64,000 nucleotides of DNA from Acutalibacteraceae bacterium (GCA_045221175.1 JBGUWM010000172.1:15455-79454); one strand, 5' to 3'; numbered from the stretch's first letter, positions 38,401 to 47,204 are shown. Notes: a model not told the origin generated them from the sequence alone. A program made the numbers and translations.

Positions 38401-39870
38401 TGCCGATGTATAGGTGACGGTCTGCGATGGCTGCTTGGACCATTTGCTTTCGCCTGCCATGGTAGTGGCGTTAGCCTGAATGCTTGCTTTCAGACGGTCT
38501 TCAAACCAAGCGGCACCCTGAATAAAGCCCGGGTCGGATGCATTAAAGCAGCTTCCCTTAATGGCGTCACGGCTCTTGTCGTTGAAGGCTGCAATCTCGG
38601 CGGATACCAGATTCATGTTGCCCTGAACGGCTGTCGCTTTGGGACAGGTGGTTGCTTCGGCTGTCCATGGCTCGCCGTAGATCAGTATTTCCGGACTGAT
38701 TTTATCCAGTTCTGTACGAATGGCGTTCATCGTATCAACATCGTGAATGCCCATCAGGTCAAAGCGGAAGCCGTCAAGATGATATTCCGTTGCCCAGTAG
38801 GTCAGAGAGTCGATCATAAACTTGCGGTACATTGCACGGTCGCTGGCGGTTTCGTTGCCGCAGCCGGAACCGTTGTTGTAGCCGCCCTTGGCGTTCTGAC
38901 GGTAGTAGTAACCCGGTACGGTAAAGTCGAACCAATCGTTAATGCCCGAACCGCCGTAGTTGGTGTGGTTGTAAACAACGTCCATAACAACGCCGATTCC
39001 TTTGTCATGCAGAGATTTGACCATCTGTTTGAATTCGTTGACACGAACCTCGCCGTGATAAGGGTCGGTGGAGTAGGAACCTTCGGGGGTGTTATAGTTC
39101 ATCGGGTCGTAGCCCCAGTTGAACTGGTCGGTATTGAGTTTGGTTTCGTCCACGCTGGCGTAGTCATATACCGGCAGCAGATGAACGTGAGTAACGCCTA
39201 AATCGGCGAGGTAATCCACGCCTGTGGGATGCACGCCGTCATTGCTGACGGTAGTGCCTGTTTCTGTAAAAGCAAGATATTTGCCTTTGTTGGTCATGCC
39301 CGAGTCGGAAGACGCCGAGAAGTCCCGTACATGCACTTCCCAGATAACGGCGTCTGTCTGGTTGGGGCATGAAACACGCTGATCGTTTTCCCAGCCGGCA
39401 GGATCGGTGCTGTCGAGGTCGATGACCATGCCTCTCATGCCGTTAACGCCTGTGGTGCGGGCATAAATATCCACGGTTTCTTTTGTTGTGCCGTTGCAGG
39501 TGACAAGATAGGTGTAATAGGTGCCGTTAAGGTCGCCGTTGATCTTAATGCTCCATACACCCTGACTTCCTTTTGCCATATCCTTGGTTTCGATGACGGC
39601 AGCGCCGGTTTCTGTGTCACTGCCTGTGGTGTAGCGCTTAATCTGCACTTTTGAGGCGGTTGGCGCCCATACCTTGAAGGTGGTGGATGTTTTGCTGTAA
39701 ACAGCGCCCAGATCGCTGCCGCTGTAAGCATAAGAGTCCAGTGCAGACATTTCGGAATAAGTTACCGCATTTGCCTGTACAGTAGCAGCAGCCGAAAAGA
39801 CAGATACCGACAAAAGTGCGGACATCAATACAGATGTGACTTTCCGGAAGCGTTTGGTTATTGTTGTCAT
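35404..39870 (-). CDS. secreted multidomain type I pullulanase (GH13) with starch-binding, MucBP-like and five C-terminal Ig-like repeats
   Basis: 1488-aa ORF with a signal peptide. The GH13 catalytic regions (GVVMDVVYNHT, DGFRFDLMG, YGEPW, YTSAHDN) and the N-terminal CBM48-like part fit pullulanases. Confidence 0.85.
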   Translation of the reverse strand: MTTITKRFRKVTSVLMSALLSVSVFSAAATVQANAVTYSEMSALDSYAYSGSDLGAVYSKTSTTFKVWAPTASKVQIKRYTTGSDTETGAAVIETKDMAKGSQGVWSIKINGDLNGTYYTYLVTCNGTTKETVDIYARTTGVNGMRGMVIDLDSTDPAGWENDQRVSCPNQTDAVIWEVHVRDFSASSDSGMTNKGKYLAFTETGTTVSNDGVHPTGVDYLADLGVTHVHLLPVYDYASVDETKLNTDQFNWGYDPMNYNTPEGSYSTDPYHGEVRVNEFKQMVKSLHDKGIGVVMDVVYNHTNYGGSGINDWFDFTVPGYYYRQNAKGGYNNGSGCGNETASDRAMYRKFMIDSLTYWATEYHLDGFRFDLMGIHDVDTMNAIRTELDKISPEILIYGEPWTAEATTCPKATAVQGNMNLVSAEIAAFNDKSRDAIKGSCFNASDPGFIQGAAWFEDRLKASIQANATTMAGESKWSKQPSQTVTYTSAHDNYTLYDKLVKSVKGGSGYGNRYDDLVAMNKLAGGIILTAQGMSFFQAGEEFARTKYGDENSYKSPTATNQLVWSNTKTYADLLAYYKGLIEIRKAYSPFRDPTNASNATMYFAWGDNFPSGVVAFTMYNTINPGSEWDYVAVIHNANASAKSVKLMTFDTKTLPSQWVIIADGSSAGVTSLGTSGSTVTVPARSTMVLVDKTSFDNTVIASGGTVTVNHILKSNSSTYKTETLKGKEGASYSTSPLAELLNQGYTVSSVSGATTGTFTKSGTTVTYYYELDTSKYSTVTVKYQDAETGASIASDDVKSGLIGTSYSVTPKTIKGYECDESLTTNATGKFAPGGTTVIFKYREAEVQTLKVHYYNSAGWSAVNMYVYTESGTTATQLTGAWPGRSMTSEGSGWYVGTVDYDGTALFIANNNNNGSQDPAGVGSTGYSVSGEVWIKGGKIYQTGKVNVRYTTQDGTVLGKETLTGIADGVNSYTTSAKTFTGYELVTTPTNASGLFTATDITVNYIYKNTSVSDPLENNSTLSATSVKLGESATVSAAAAGGTAPYQYQVAYKLSSDSSYTTVQAFSSGTSVKVTPTAVGTYTVKVTVKDSKNTQKDKIFTLTVSQNTGDKLTNTSKISAASIALGSSATVTAAASGGSSPYQYAVYYKKSTSSSYTTVQAYSTNSSVKVTPAAAVTYNIRVKVKDSAGTTATKDFTLNVSGTTSALANNSTLSATSITLGKTVTITGKASGGTSPYQYAAYYKKTTSATYSRIRDYSTSATMTVTPATATSYDFRVKVKDSKGAVVNKDFVVTVKKASTALTNTSSLGATSITQGSSVTVNCTASGGTSPYQFAVYYKKATSDSFSTAQAYSTNKTVKLTPAAAVKYTIRVKVKDSVGTVVSKDLTVTVNKASSSTLTNKSTVSATTITLGKSVTVTGAASGGTTPYQYSVYYKKASSTEYTKVSSYSTTAKTTVTPAAATAYDIRVKVKDAAGTIVSKDFTVTVTK
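35407..36825 (-). repeat. five tandem ~285-nt coding repeats (~95 aa each) at the pullulanase C-terminus
   Basis: Repeated unit: L.N.S.LSATSI.LG..VT......GGTSPYQYAVYYKK..S..Y...Q.YST...V.VTPAAA..Y.IRVKVKDS.G. It has a Y_Y_Y/Ig-like flavour. Confidence 0.75.
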
Positions 39871-40104
39871 TCTATCATACCTTCTTTCTGTTTGTTTTAC
39901 ACTGGGATATTATATTGTCACGGACAACAATATCCCACTATCATCTATAGTATAATGTAAAATGAATGAATTATAATTCGTTGAAGGAATTATAATAAAC
40001 TTTTATACAAAAAAATATATTTTTTTACGATATTTTTATTGTGATTATCTAAAACGGTGAAATGAATAAAGTAAGAAAAGATATTTATTAAATATCTTTG
40101 TGAT

Positions 40105-40135
40105 AATTCGACCTTTTGAGGTCGAATTTTTTTTT
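40105..40135 (+). terminator. strong intrinsic terminator 34 nt upstream of terS
   Basis: AATTCGACC (40105-40113) pairs with GGTCGAATT (40120-40128) across a 6-nt loop and is followed by a T-run to 40135. There is no plus-strand gene upstream in the window. Confidence 0.65.
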
Positions 40136-40168
40136 GCAGAGAGGGTATGGTGAAAGGAGGTTTTAAGA

Positions 40169-40702
40169 ATGCAGAAAAAAACAGGTACGGTCAGCGCCAG
40201 AGAAAAACGGTTTTGTCAGCTATATGCTGCAGCCGGCGACGCTGTCGAAGCAGCGGCAGGCGCCGGTTATGAAAACGCCGAAAAAGCAGGAACGGCGCTG
40301 CTGGCGAAGGACGAAATATTGAATGAAATTGGCAGTCTGTATGAAAAGAGGCTGAAAAATGCACGGCAAAAAGCCTACGCAGGCTATGAGCGTATCGCTT
40401 TTGGGAATGTCAATGATGCGGTAAGACTGCTGTTTGACGGAGAGGACTATCCGGAAGCGGCGGAAGGCTACGATCTGTTTAACGTTGCCGAGATCAGACG
40501 CCCGAAGGAAGGTGCGCTGGAGATCAAGTTCTTTGACAGGCTCAAAGCGCTTGAAAAGCTGGAACAGTATGGTCAGGAAAGCCGTAAGGGGATCAATGAC
40601 TTTTATCAGGCTCTGGTAGGCGGTATCCGTAATCTTCACCAAGAGAAGCAGGAGGTCGGCGACGGTGACAACGAGGACAGCAGCGGGGAGAGAGAGCTAT
40701 GA
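40169..40702 (+). CDS. terminase small subunit (Terminase_2-like)
   Basis: The N-terminal helix-turn-helix-like segment REKRFCQLYAAAGDAVEAAAGAGY...AGTALL is typical. ATGA overlap with terL. Confidence 0.75.
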   Translation: MQKKTGTVSAREKRFCQLYAAAGDAVEAAAGAGYENAEKAGTALLAKDEILNEIGSLYEKRLKNARQKAYAGYERIAFGNVNDAVRLLFDGEDYPEAAEGYDLFNVAEIRRPKEGALEIKFFDRLKALEKLEQYGQESRKGINDFYQALVGGIRNLHQEKQEVGDGDNEDSSGEREL

Positions 40703-41949
40703 GCTATCATGCATTTTCCAAAAAGCAGTTGGACGTACTGTCGTGGTGGTCGCCTAACAGGGATACTTCCCGCTTTGACGGGATTATCTGCGATGGTGCC
40801 GTCCGAAGCGGAAAGACGCTGTGCATGAGTGTTTCCTTCGTGTCGTGGGCGATGTTTTCTTTTGATGGCGGCAGCTTTGCCCTATGCGGCAAAACCATTC
40901 GTTCTGTCAGGAGAAATGTAGCAGCGCCGTTGCTGACGATTCTGCGTGAACTGGGATTTACCGTAGAAGAAAAGCTTTCGGCAAACCTCTTTGACATATC
41001 CTCCGGAGGAAGGCGAAATACCTTTTATCTTTTCGGCGGCAAGGACGAAAGCTCCGCTTCGCTGATTCAGGGAATGACGCTGTGCGGTGTGATGTTTGAC
41101 GAAGCGGCGCTGATGCCCCGGTCTTTTGTCGAACAGGCTCTGGCAAGGTGTTCAAAGGATCATTCCAAAATCTGGTTCAACTGTAATCCGGAATATCCGC
41201 AGCACTGGTTCTGCCGTGAATGGGTCAGAAAGGTTCGGGAAAAGAATCTGTACTATCTGCATTTTCTGATGGAGGACAATCCCTCATTATCCGAGCAGAT
41301 CAGACAACGCTACAAAACGCTGTATTCCGGCAGCTTTTATGATCGCTTTGTTCTCGGAAAATGGTGCGCCACCGAAGGTCTTGTTTATCCCTTTATGTCA
41401 GAAGATAAGCAGTTTGCCGATGTGCCGCATGGAGAAGCGCACGAATACGCTGTCTCCTGCGATTACGGAACCGTCAATCCGGCTTCATTCGGCTTGTGGG
41501 GAAGATACGGCTCTGTGTGGTACAGAATTGCCGAATATTATTACAGCGCAAGGCGTGAGGGTTTGTCCCGCACAGACGAGGAACATTATCGGGGTCTTTG
41601 TGAGCTGATCGGCAGCAGAGAAGTGCGTGAAATCGTTGTCGATCCGTCAGCAGCCAGCTTCATTGAGGTTATCAAGCGTCACGGCAGGTATCACGTACTG
41701 CCGGCGAAAAATCAGGTGCTTGACGGGATCAGACAGACGGGTACAGCGCTGAAAGAAGGGAAAATTCGTATTTGCCGCTGCTGCAGCGACGCTGTTCGTG
41801 AATTCGGGTTGTATCGCTGGGACAGCGGCGGCAAGGATAGTCCTTTGAAGGAGAATGATCATGCAATGGACGATATTCGATATTTTGTCACGACGGTTCT
41901 GAACGCCGAAGAAGATAACTTTTATGTGTTTGCTTCGGACAGAGCCTGA
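40699..41949 (+). CDS. terminase large subunit (PBSX-family-like)
   Basis: 416-aa ORF with Walker A GAVRSGKT, Walker B-like VMFDEA and a C-terminal nuclease-fold region with DDIRY. Confidence 0.85.
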   Translation: MSYHAFSKKQLDVLSWWSPNRDTSRFDGIICDGAVRSGKTLCMSVSFVSWAMFSFDGGSFALCGKTIRSVRRNVAAPLLTILRELGFTVEEKLSANLFDISSGGRRNTFYLFGGKDESSASLIQGMTLCGVMFDEAALMPRSFVEQALARCSKDHSKIWFNCNPEYPQHWFCREWVRKVREKNLYYLHFLMEDNPSLSEQIRQRYKTLYSGSFYDRFVLGKWCATEGLVYPFMSEDKQFADVPHGEAHEYAVSCDYGTVNPASFGLWGRYGSVWYRIAEYYYSARREGLSRTDEEHYRGLCELIGSREVREIVVDPSAASFIEVIKRHGRYHVLPAKNQVLDGIRQTGTALKEGKIRICRCCSDAVREFGLYRWDSGGKDSPLKENDHAMDDIRYFVTTVLNAEEDNFYVFASDRA

Positions 41950-41982
41950 TGACTGAACGGAAGAGTGTCGGGAGGTGAAGGA

Positions 41983-43131
41983 ATGGAATGGTTTAAGAAA
42001 AAAAGAAAACAGCAGGTGCCGGTTGTGCAGACAGCCGTCAGCGATGGGTATAACAGCAGCGTTTTCTCTCTTTTGGGAAAAAACGGACAGATTGACTGTG
42101 AAAGAAGACTGTACCAGTCTCTCAGGGACAGTGTTCCCGTGATAGACGCTGCAATTTCCAAGCTTGTGCGTCTGACAGGTCATTTTTACGTTCACTGTCA
42201 GGAAAGGTCTTTGGAAAAACAGTTGAACCGCTTTCTGGAAACGGTCAGGGTCAACGGCTGTCAGTACGGTGCTGAAAGCTTTTTGCAGAACTATCTGAGT
42301 CAACTGATTACATTTGGTACGGCGGTAGGAGAAATGGTCATGGCTGAAAACGGAAGGGAAATTGCGGCGTTATACAATGCTTCGCTGGACGATGTTGAAC
42401 TGCAGGCAGACAAAAATCCTTTTGCAATGACCATTTGCGCTATTGCGCCAAGCGGAGAAAGGATTCCTGTACGATATCCGTCGCTGGTACTCTGCTCCAC
42501 TATTATGAACCGGGCAGGAGAGCTTTACGGTACTTCGGTGCTGAAGGGTCTGCCCTTTGTGGGAGATGTTATGATGAAGATTCTGTATGCCATCGGTACC
42601 AACTGGGACAGAATCGGCAACGTGCGCTTTGCGGTATCATACAAGCCCGGCGACAATGACAGAAGCTTTACCAGGGAACGGGCTTCCCAGATTGCCGCAG
42701 AATGGAGCAAGGCGATGAAAAGCCGTGAGCCTAAGGATTTTGTGACAGTGGGAGACGTCAGCATCAGGGCGATAGGCGCCGATAATCAGGTGCCGGAAAT
42801 TCAGGTTCCCATGCGCGCGCTGCTGGAGCAGATTCTGTCGAAACTGTCAATTCCGCCGTTTTTGCTGGGCTTTTCGTGGTCAGCAACAGAAAGAATGTCT
42901 GCTCAGCAGGCGGATATTCTCACCAGTGAGCTGGAATATTACCGCAGTGTTCTGACAGGCGTTATCAAAAGAATCTGTGACCTTTGGCTCAGGCTGAGAG
43001 GACAAACTGCCGAGTTTACGGTGGAGTGGGATAATATCAACCTTCAGGACGAGGTTGAACTTGCCCGTGCAAGACTGTTGAATGCACAGGCGGATCAAAT
43101 AACAGCAGAAACTCAAAAAGGAGATTGGTAA
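41983..43131 (+). CDS. phage portal protein (by position and size)
   Basis: About 382 aa, immediately after terL. I prefer the ATG at 41983 with a GGGAGGTGAAGGA RBS. Confidence 0.6.
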   Translation: MEWFKKKRKQQVPVVQTAVSDGYNSSVFSLLGKNGQIDCERRLYQSLRDSVPVIDAAISKLVRLTGHFYVHCQERSLEKQLNRFLETVRVNGCQYGAESFLQNYLSQLITFGTAVGEMVMAENGREIAALYNASLDDVELQADKNPFAMTICAIAPSGERIPVRYPSLVLCSTIMNRAGELYGTSVLKGLPFVGDVMMKILYAIGTNWDRIGNVRFAVSYKPGDNDRSFTRERASQIAAEWSKAMKSREPKDFVTVGDVSIRAIGADNQVPEIQVPMRALLEQILSKLSIPPFLLGFSWSATERMSAQQADILTSELEYYRSVLTGVIKRICDLWLRLRGQTAEFTVEWDNINLQDEVELARARLLNAQADQITAETQKGDW

Positions 43132-43132
43132 G

Positions 43133-44125
43133 ATGGAAAATACTTTTGGCAGCCCTTCTGCTATGGAGCTTGCCGACATCAATCAGTTTACCAGAAGAGA
43201 GCTTTCGGCGGAAGACGTGTATGTTTTTTCTGTCGTACTGTGTGACAATGACATTGACAGAGATTACGAATGCTTTTCCGATGAGGCTCTTGAAAAACTG
43301 TCGGAGCTTTTTGTGGGCGTGACGGGCATTGCGGATCACGATCCGAAGAGCAGTAATCAGAGCGCAAGAATTTTTTCCTGCCATACGGAAGCTGTCAGCG
43401 GCAGACTTACCGCAGACGGCAGACATTACCGCCGCTTGTGTGCAAGGGCTTATCTGCCCAGAAGCGAAAAGAACGATGAACTGATTCTATCGCTGGACAG
43501 CGGCATTAAGAAGGAAGTCAGTGTTGGCTGCGCTGTCAGACACCGTACCTGCTCAATCTGTGGAGAAGAAATCTCCGAATGTCAGCATATCAGGGGCAGA
43601 AGTTACGGCGGCAAGACGTGCTGCGCTGTACTGAGCGAAGTGACAGACGCTTATGAATGGTCTTTTGTGGCGGTTCCGGCACAGCGCAGTGCCGGCGTTG
43701 TCAAGGGTTATGACCGGCAGGCGCCTGAAACGGTATTCAAAAAATCGGTTACTACCAAAGAAAACGGAGGGTGTGCAGAGTTGGAAATTGAAAAAAAGCT
43801 GTTTTCCGATACGGAACAGCAGTTCAGCGCTATGGAGCTAAAGGAGCTGGCTGAGTCTTTCAGAAAGCTGCAGAAAAATGCGGCTGACGGTGTTATGTAC
43901 CGTGACAAGCTGATGAAAGAGATTCACTGTCTGTCGTCAATGGTTCTGCCGGAGCTGAAGGCTGAAACGCTGACGAAAATGGCAGAGGTGCTGAATGTCA
44001 GACAGCTTGATGAGCTGAAAAGTGTGTTTGAAAAAAAGGCGGCGGATATTCTTCCTGTAACGCCGCAGCTCTTTAAGCGGAATAAAACAACGGCAGATAA
44101 TAATGCCAACTATCAGAATATTTAA
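43133..44125 (+). CDS. prohead protease (HK97/S78-like) fused to a coiled-coil scaffold-like C-terminus, with a Cys-rich insertion
   Basis: It sits between the portal and capsid genes. The N-terminal half ends in YEWSFVAVPAQ, which resembles the E.S.V..PA strand of prohead proteases. The C-terminal half is helical and charged. Confidence 0.5.
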   Translation: MENTFGSPSAMELADINQFTRRELSAEDVYVFSVVLCDNDIDRDYECFSDEALEKLSELFVGVTGIADHDPKSSNQSARIFSCHTEAVSGRLTADGRHYRRLCARAYLPRSEKNDELILSLDSGIKKEVSVGCAVRHRTCSICGEEISECQHIRGRSYGGKTCCAVLSEVTDAYEWSFVAVPAQRSAGVVKGYDRQAPETVFKKSVTTKENGGCAELEIEKKLFSDTEQQFSAMELKELAESFRKLQKNAADGVMYRDKLMKEIHCLSSMVLPELKAETLTKMAEVLNVRQLDELKSVFEKKAADILPVTPQLFKRNKTTADNNANYQNI

Positions 44126-44140
44126 GGAGGATATGAAATA

Positions 44141-44479
44141 ATGAGTGTTTCTTTTAACGGTTTTAATGAAGGCGTACTGACTTTTGAGGCGGCTGCCGGT
44201 GTTGCTGCCGGCAAGCCTGTGATGATTTCCCAGAGCGGAAAGGTGCAGGCTGTCACAAGCGGCGCTTTTTGCGGCATTTGTCTGAACGTCAGAGAAGGCT
44301 ATGCCGCTGTGCAGCTCAGCGGATATGTGACAGTACCTTGCTCCGGTACAGTCAATGTGGGCTATCAGAAGCTGGCGGCATATACCGACGGCAAGGTAAA
44401 GGTTGATGCAACCAACGGCAGAGAGTATCTGGTGGTAGACGTCAACGCCACAGCAGGTACTGCAGGTATTATTCTTTGA
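44141..44479 (+). CDS. DUF2190-like head decoration/cement protein
   Basis: 112 aa, Gly/Ala/Val-rich beta protein directly upstream of the major capsid gene. Confidence 0.5.
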   Translation: MSVSFNGFNEGVLTFEAAAGVAAGKPVMISQSGKVQAVTSGAFCGICLNVREGYAAVQLSGYVTVPCSGTVNVGYQKLAAYTDGKVKVDATNGREYLVVDVNATAGTAGIIL

Positions 44480-44502
44480 TTTGACAGAAGGAGGAGTTCA
44501 AC

Positions 44503-45507
44503 ATGGCATTTTATGATTCTATTCATCTTGAAAAAGGTATGTACAACAGCGGTAAATCGCTGACAGAGATTCTGGAGGGACTGGATCCTTCCGAACATTA
44601 CAAAGGTACAGAGCTGGAGGGACTGGACGCTTTTCAGCGCCAGCTCAAGCGCTTTGATATCCGTGTTGGCGGCGCTCATTCCGACAGCGTTCAGAAGTTT
44701 TTTGAAACCTCTGATTCTGCAGCGCTGTTTCCGGAGTATGTGGCAAGAGCTGTCAGACAGGGTATGGAAGGCAGCGACTATCTCAAGGATATTGTCGCCG
44801 CAAAAACGATCATCAACGGTATGGATTACCGTTCGGTAGTATCCTGCCCAACTGATGATGAAAAATCACTGAAGCCCGTAGCAGAGGGAGCTGTTCTGCC
44901 CCAGACTACAGTCAGAACCAGTGAAAATCTGGTGAAGCTCATGAAAAGAGGCAGAATGCTGGTGGCGTCTTATGAGGCGATCAAGTATCAGCGTCTGGAT
45001 CTTTTTACCGTCACGCTGCGTCAGATCGGCGCTCATATCGCCAGAGAGCAATTGAAAGATGCCGTAGATGTGATCGTGAACGGTGACGGCAACAGCAATC
45101 CTGCAGACACCGTGTCGCTGTCAACAGCAGGTTCTCTCTCTTATGACGATCTGATCAGTCTTTGGGCGGCTATGACACCCTATGAACTGAACACGATGCT
45201 CGCTCCTACCGACATGATGCAGAAATTGCTCGGTCTTTCGGAGATGAAGGACGCACAGGCGGGTCTCAGTTTTCAGGGAACCGGCAGAATGATCACTCCC
45301 ATGGGCGCAAAGCTGCTGCATATTCCGTCTATGACTTCCGGAAAGATCATCGGTTTGGATAAAAACTGCGCTCTTGAAATGGTGCAGTCCGGCGGTATTG
45401 TCATGGATGCTGACAAACTGATTGACAGACAGCTCGAAAGAGCCTCTATCAGTTGTGTTGCAGGCTTTGCCAAAATCTTCAGGGACGCCTCCAAGGTGCT
45501 TGGCTGA
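44503..45507 (+). CDS. major capsid protein
   Basis: 334 aa with a strong GAAGGAGG RBS. It occupies the canonical position after the protease and decoration genes. Confidence 0.7.
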   Translation: MAFYDSIHLEKGMYNSGKSLTEILEGLDPSEHYKGTELEGLDAFQRQLKRFDIRVGGAHSDSVQKFFETSDSAALFPEYVARAVRQGMEGSDYLKDIVAAKTIINGMDYRSVVSCPTDDEKSLKPVAEGAVLPQTTVRTSENLVKLMKRGRMLVASYEAIKYQRLDLFTVTLRQIGAHIAREQLKDAVDVIVNGDGNSNPADTVSLSTAGSLSYDDLISLWAAMTPYELNTMLAPTDMMQKLLGLSEMKDAQAGLSFQGTGRMITPMGAKLLHIPSMTSGKIIGLDKNCALEMVQSGGIVMDADKLIDRQLERASISCVAGFAKIFRDASKVLG

Positions 45508-45524
45508 GGAAGGAGTGAGAAGCG

Positions 45525-45881
45525 TTGAACGATCTGACGACTGTAATGGAACTCTTCGGTCAGCTTTCGGGTCTTTCAGAAGACAGAGTCAGAACTTACC
45601 GGAGTTTGTGTGAAGCTTCTGCGAAGCATATCCGACAGCTTTCAGACGGCATTGACGATTCAGGCGGCGGCAAGACGGCTTTTGCCGCCGCTGCCCTTGC
45701 TTATTACCGCTATGTGCTTCTCTCAATGACGGACGGCTCTGCCGGTTCTGTCAAGGTCGGAGAAATCAGCGTGCAGGGCGGCGAAAACCGTCTTCGATAT
45801 GCAGAAAGACTGTATCGGGAAGCGTTGGCTCAGTTAGGAAGCGGTCTGGCTGATGAAGAATTTGTATTTGAGGTTATGTGA
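45525..45881 (+). CDS. head-tail connector (gp6-like DNA-packaging/adaptor) protein, putative
   Basis: 118 aa with a TTG start after a GGAG RBS. Helical. First gene after the capsid gene. Confidence 0.4.
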   Translation: MNDLTTVMELFGQLSGLSEDRVRTYRSLCEASAKHIRQLSDGIDDSGGGKTAFAAAALAYYRYVLLSMTDGSAGSVKVGEISVQGGENRLRYAERLYREALAQLGSGLADEEFVFEVM

Positions 45882-46228
45882 AGATGATGAATTTTAATCA
45901 GATCATGTCGGGAATCGGCTGCAGAGTATCGGTCAGCGACAGCAGCGGTATAGTGCAGGGCAGAGGCGTGATTTATCCTCTGAGATATCAGCAGCGGCAG
46001 TGGGGCGTTGTTTCGCAGCCGGCTGAGGGCATTACACAGGAACAGCGCTTTCTCCTGTTCTGTGACAATGAACTGCTGTGCAATGCAGGTTATGGCAGCG
46101 TGATAACTGACGAAAACGGGAACAGATACCGCCTTGTCTGGAAAGATGATTATACCTGTACGGTAGGCGCTTATACCAAGGCATGTATGAGAAGGATGAC
46201 GAAAGAGGAGGAGCAAGTCTGTGAATGA
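45878..46228 (+). CDS. hypothetical phage head-closure/adaptor-position protein
   Basis: 116 aa. Its start overlaps the upstream stop. The call is by position only. Confidence 0.35.
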   Translation: MKMMNFNQIMSGIGCRVSVSDSSGIVQGRGVIYPLRYQQRQWGVVSQPAEGITQEQRFLLFCDNELLCNAGYGSVITDENGNRYRLVWKDDYTCTVGAYTKACMRRMTKEEEQVCE

Positions 46229-46649
46229 AGCTTTTTTGAGGCAGATGACCGAAACGCTCCGCTTGGCAGAAGAACTGTCGGGGTGCGATGTTGTTCAGGC
46301 GGGTGAAAGCAGGGAACTGCCGTTCCCGATGAGCACGCCGAGAATTACCGTCGGACTGGAAGAAGCGGACAGACTGGATTATTTTCTTGGTTATGATGAG
46401 TGTCTGGTCAGCGGAGAAAAACTGTACGTCAGCGTGATGTGCGATGAACAGTCGGGCAGCATGCACTGTGAAGCGATGGCTAAGCAAGTGTGCCGTATTG
46501 TGCTGGACGCCGATCTGAACAGAAACATTACAAGTGTATCGGTAGAGAAATGTATGTACGACAAAGCGAATTTTGCATATAAAGTAATAATGAGGTTTGT
46601 CCTTCGGGAACAGGTTTTTTCTGTTGCCGAAGAGGCACTGCCGGGATAA
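46221..46649 (+). CDS. hypothetical phage neck/tail-completion-position protein
   Basis: 142 aa with a GTG start after GAGGAGGAG. The call is by position only. Confidence 0.35.
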   Translation: MNEAFLRQMTETLRLAEELSGCDVVQAGESRELPFPMSTPRITVGLEEADRLDYFLGYDECLVSGEKLYVSVMCDEQSGSMHCEAMAKQVCRIVLDADLNRNITSVSVEKCMYDKANFAYKVIMRFVLREQVFSVAEEALPG

Positions 46650-46662
46650 CGGAGGGAGATGC

Positions 46663-47040
46663 TTGGGAGAGAACAGAATATTGTGTGCAAGAGATGTGGC
46701 TGTCCGGATCAATCACCGGCCGCTTTTACAGGCGGAAAATGCCGAACTGAGAATCAGTAAGGCACTGCATTCTGTCAGAAGCTGTTTTTGCAGCGAAGAT
46801 ATCGCCCATATCAGGGGTAATACTGAAATCAAACTGCATCTGACGAATGTAAGATTTCAGCAGCCGTTTGAAAACTGTAACTTTTATGATCTGGATAATT
46901 TTGTAACGGAAATCGGAATAGAAGGCATAACGTATGTGTTGGAGGGCTGCTGGTGGGACGATTTCAAGGCTGTTGCCAAAAGCGGCAGTTTCCGGGAATA
47001 TATCAGCATTACGGCTCTTCGGGTCAGAAAAGAGGAGTGA
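46663..47040 (+). CDS. hypothetical, possibly tail-tube-like (XkdM-position) protein
   Basis: About 125 aa with a TTG start 4 nt after GGAGGGAG. I see only weak resemblance to XkdM-type tube N-termini. Confidence 0.3.
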   Translation: MGENRILCARDVAVRINHRPLLQAENAELRISKALHSVRSCFCSEDIAHIRGNTEIKLHLTNVRFQQPFENCNFYDLDNFVTEIGIEGITYVLEGCWWDDFKAVAKSGSFREYISITALRVRKEE

Positions 47041-47048
47041 CAGGATCA

Positions 47049-47204
47049 ATGAAGGAAGCAGAAAACAGTATGGAACTGCAGCAGCGTCTGAAACTTGCGG
47101 CAGATGAAATGCTGACGTTGTCAGAGCTGTCGGATCTGCTGCAGATGGATGAACTGCGGTTTGACAGAGAACTGAATGCAGAGGAGGAAGTTGATGAATG
47201 GTAA
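47049..47204 (+). CDS. 51-aa acidic protein in the tail-assembly-chaperone position
   Basis: MKEAENSMELQQRLKLAADEML...EEEVDEW. Its end overlaps the start of the next gene by 11 nt. Confidence 0.3.
   Translation: MKEAENSMELQQRLKLAADEMLTLSELSDLLQMDELRFDRELNAEEEVDEW

Noticed and set aside
39871-40168. Phage attachment site, integrase or tRNA at the left edge of the phage-derived cluster (and 50882-51064 at the right edge).
   Set aside because: No tRNA-like sequence, integrase ORF or matching direct repeats between the two edges could be found by eye. The boundaries are therefore defined only by gene content.
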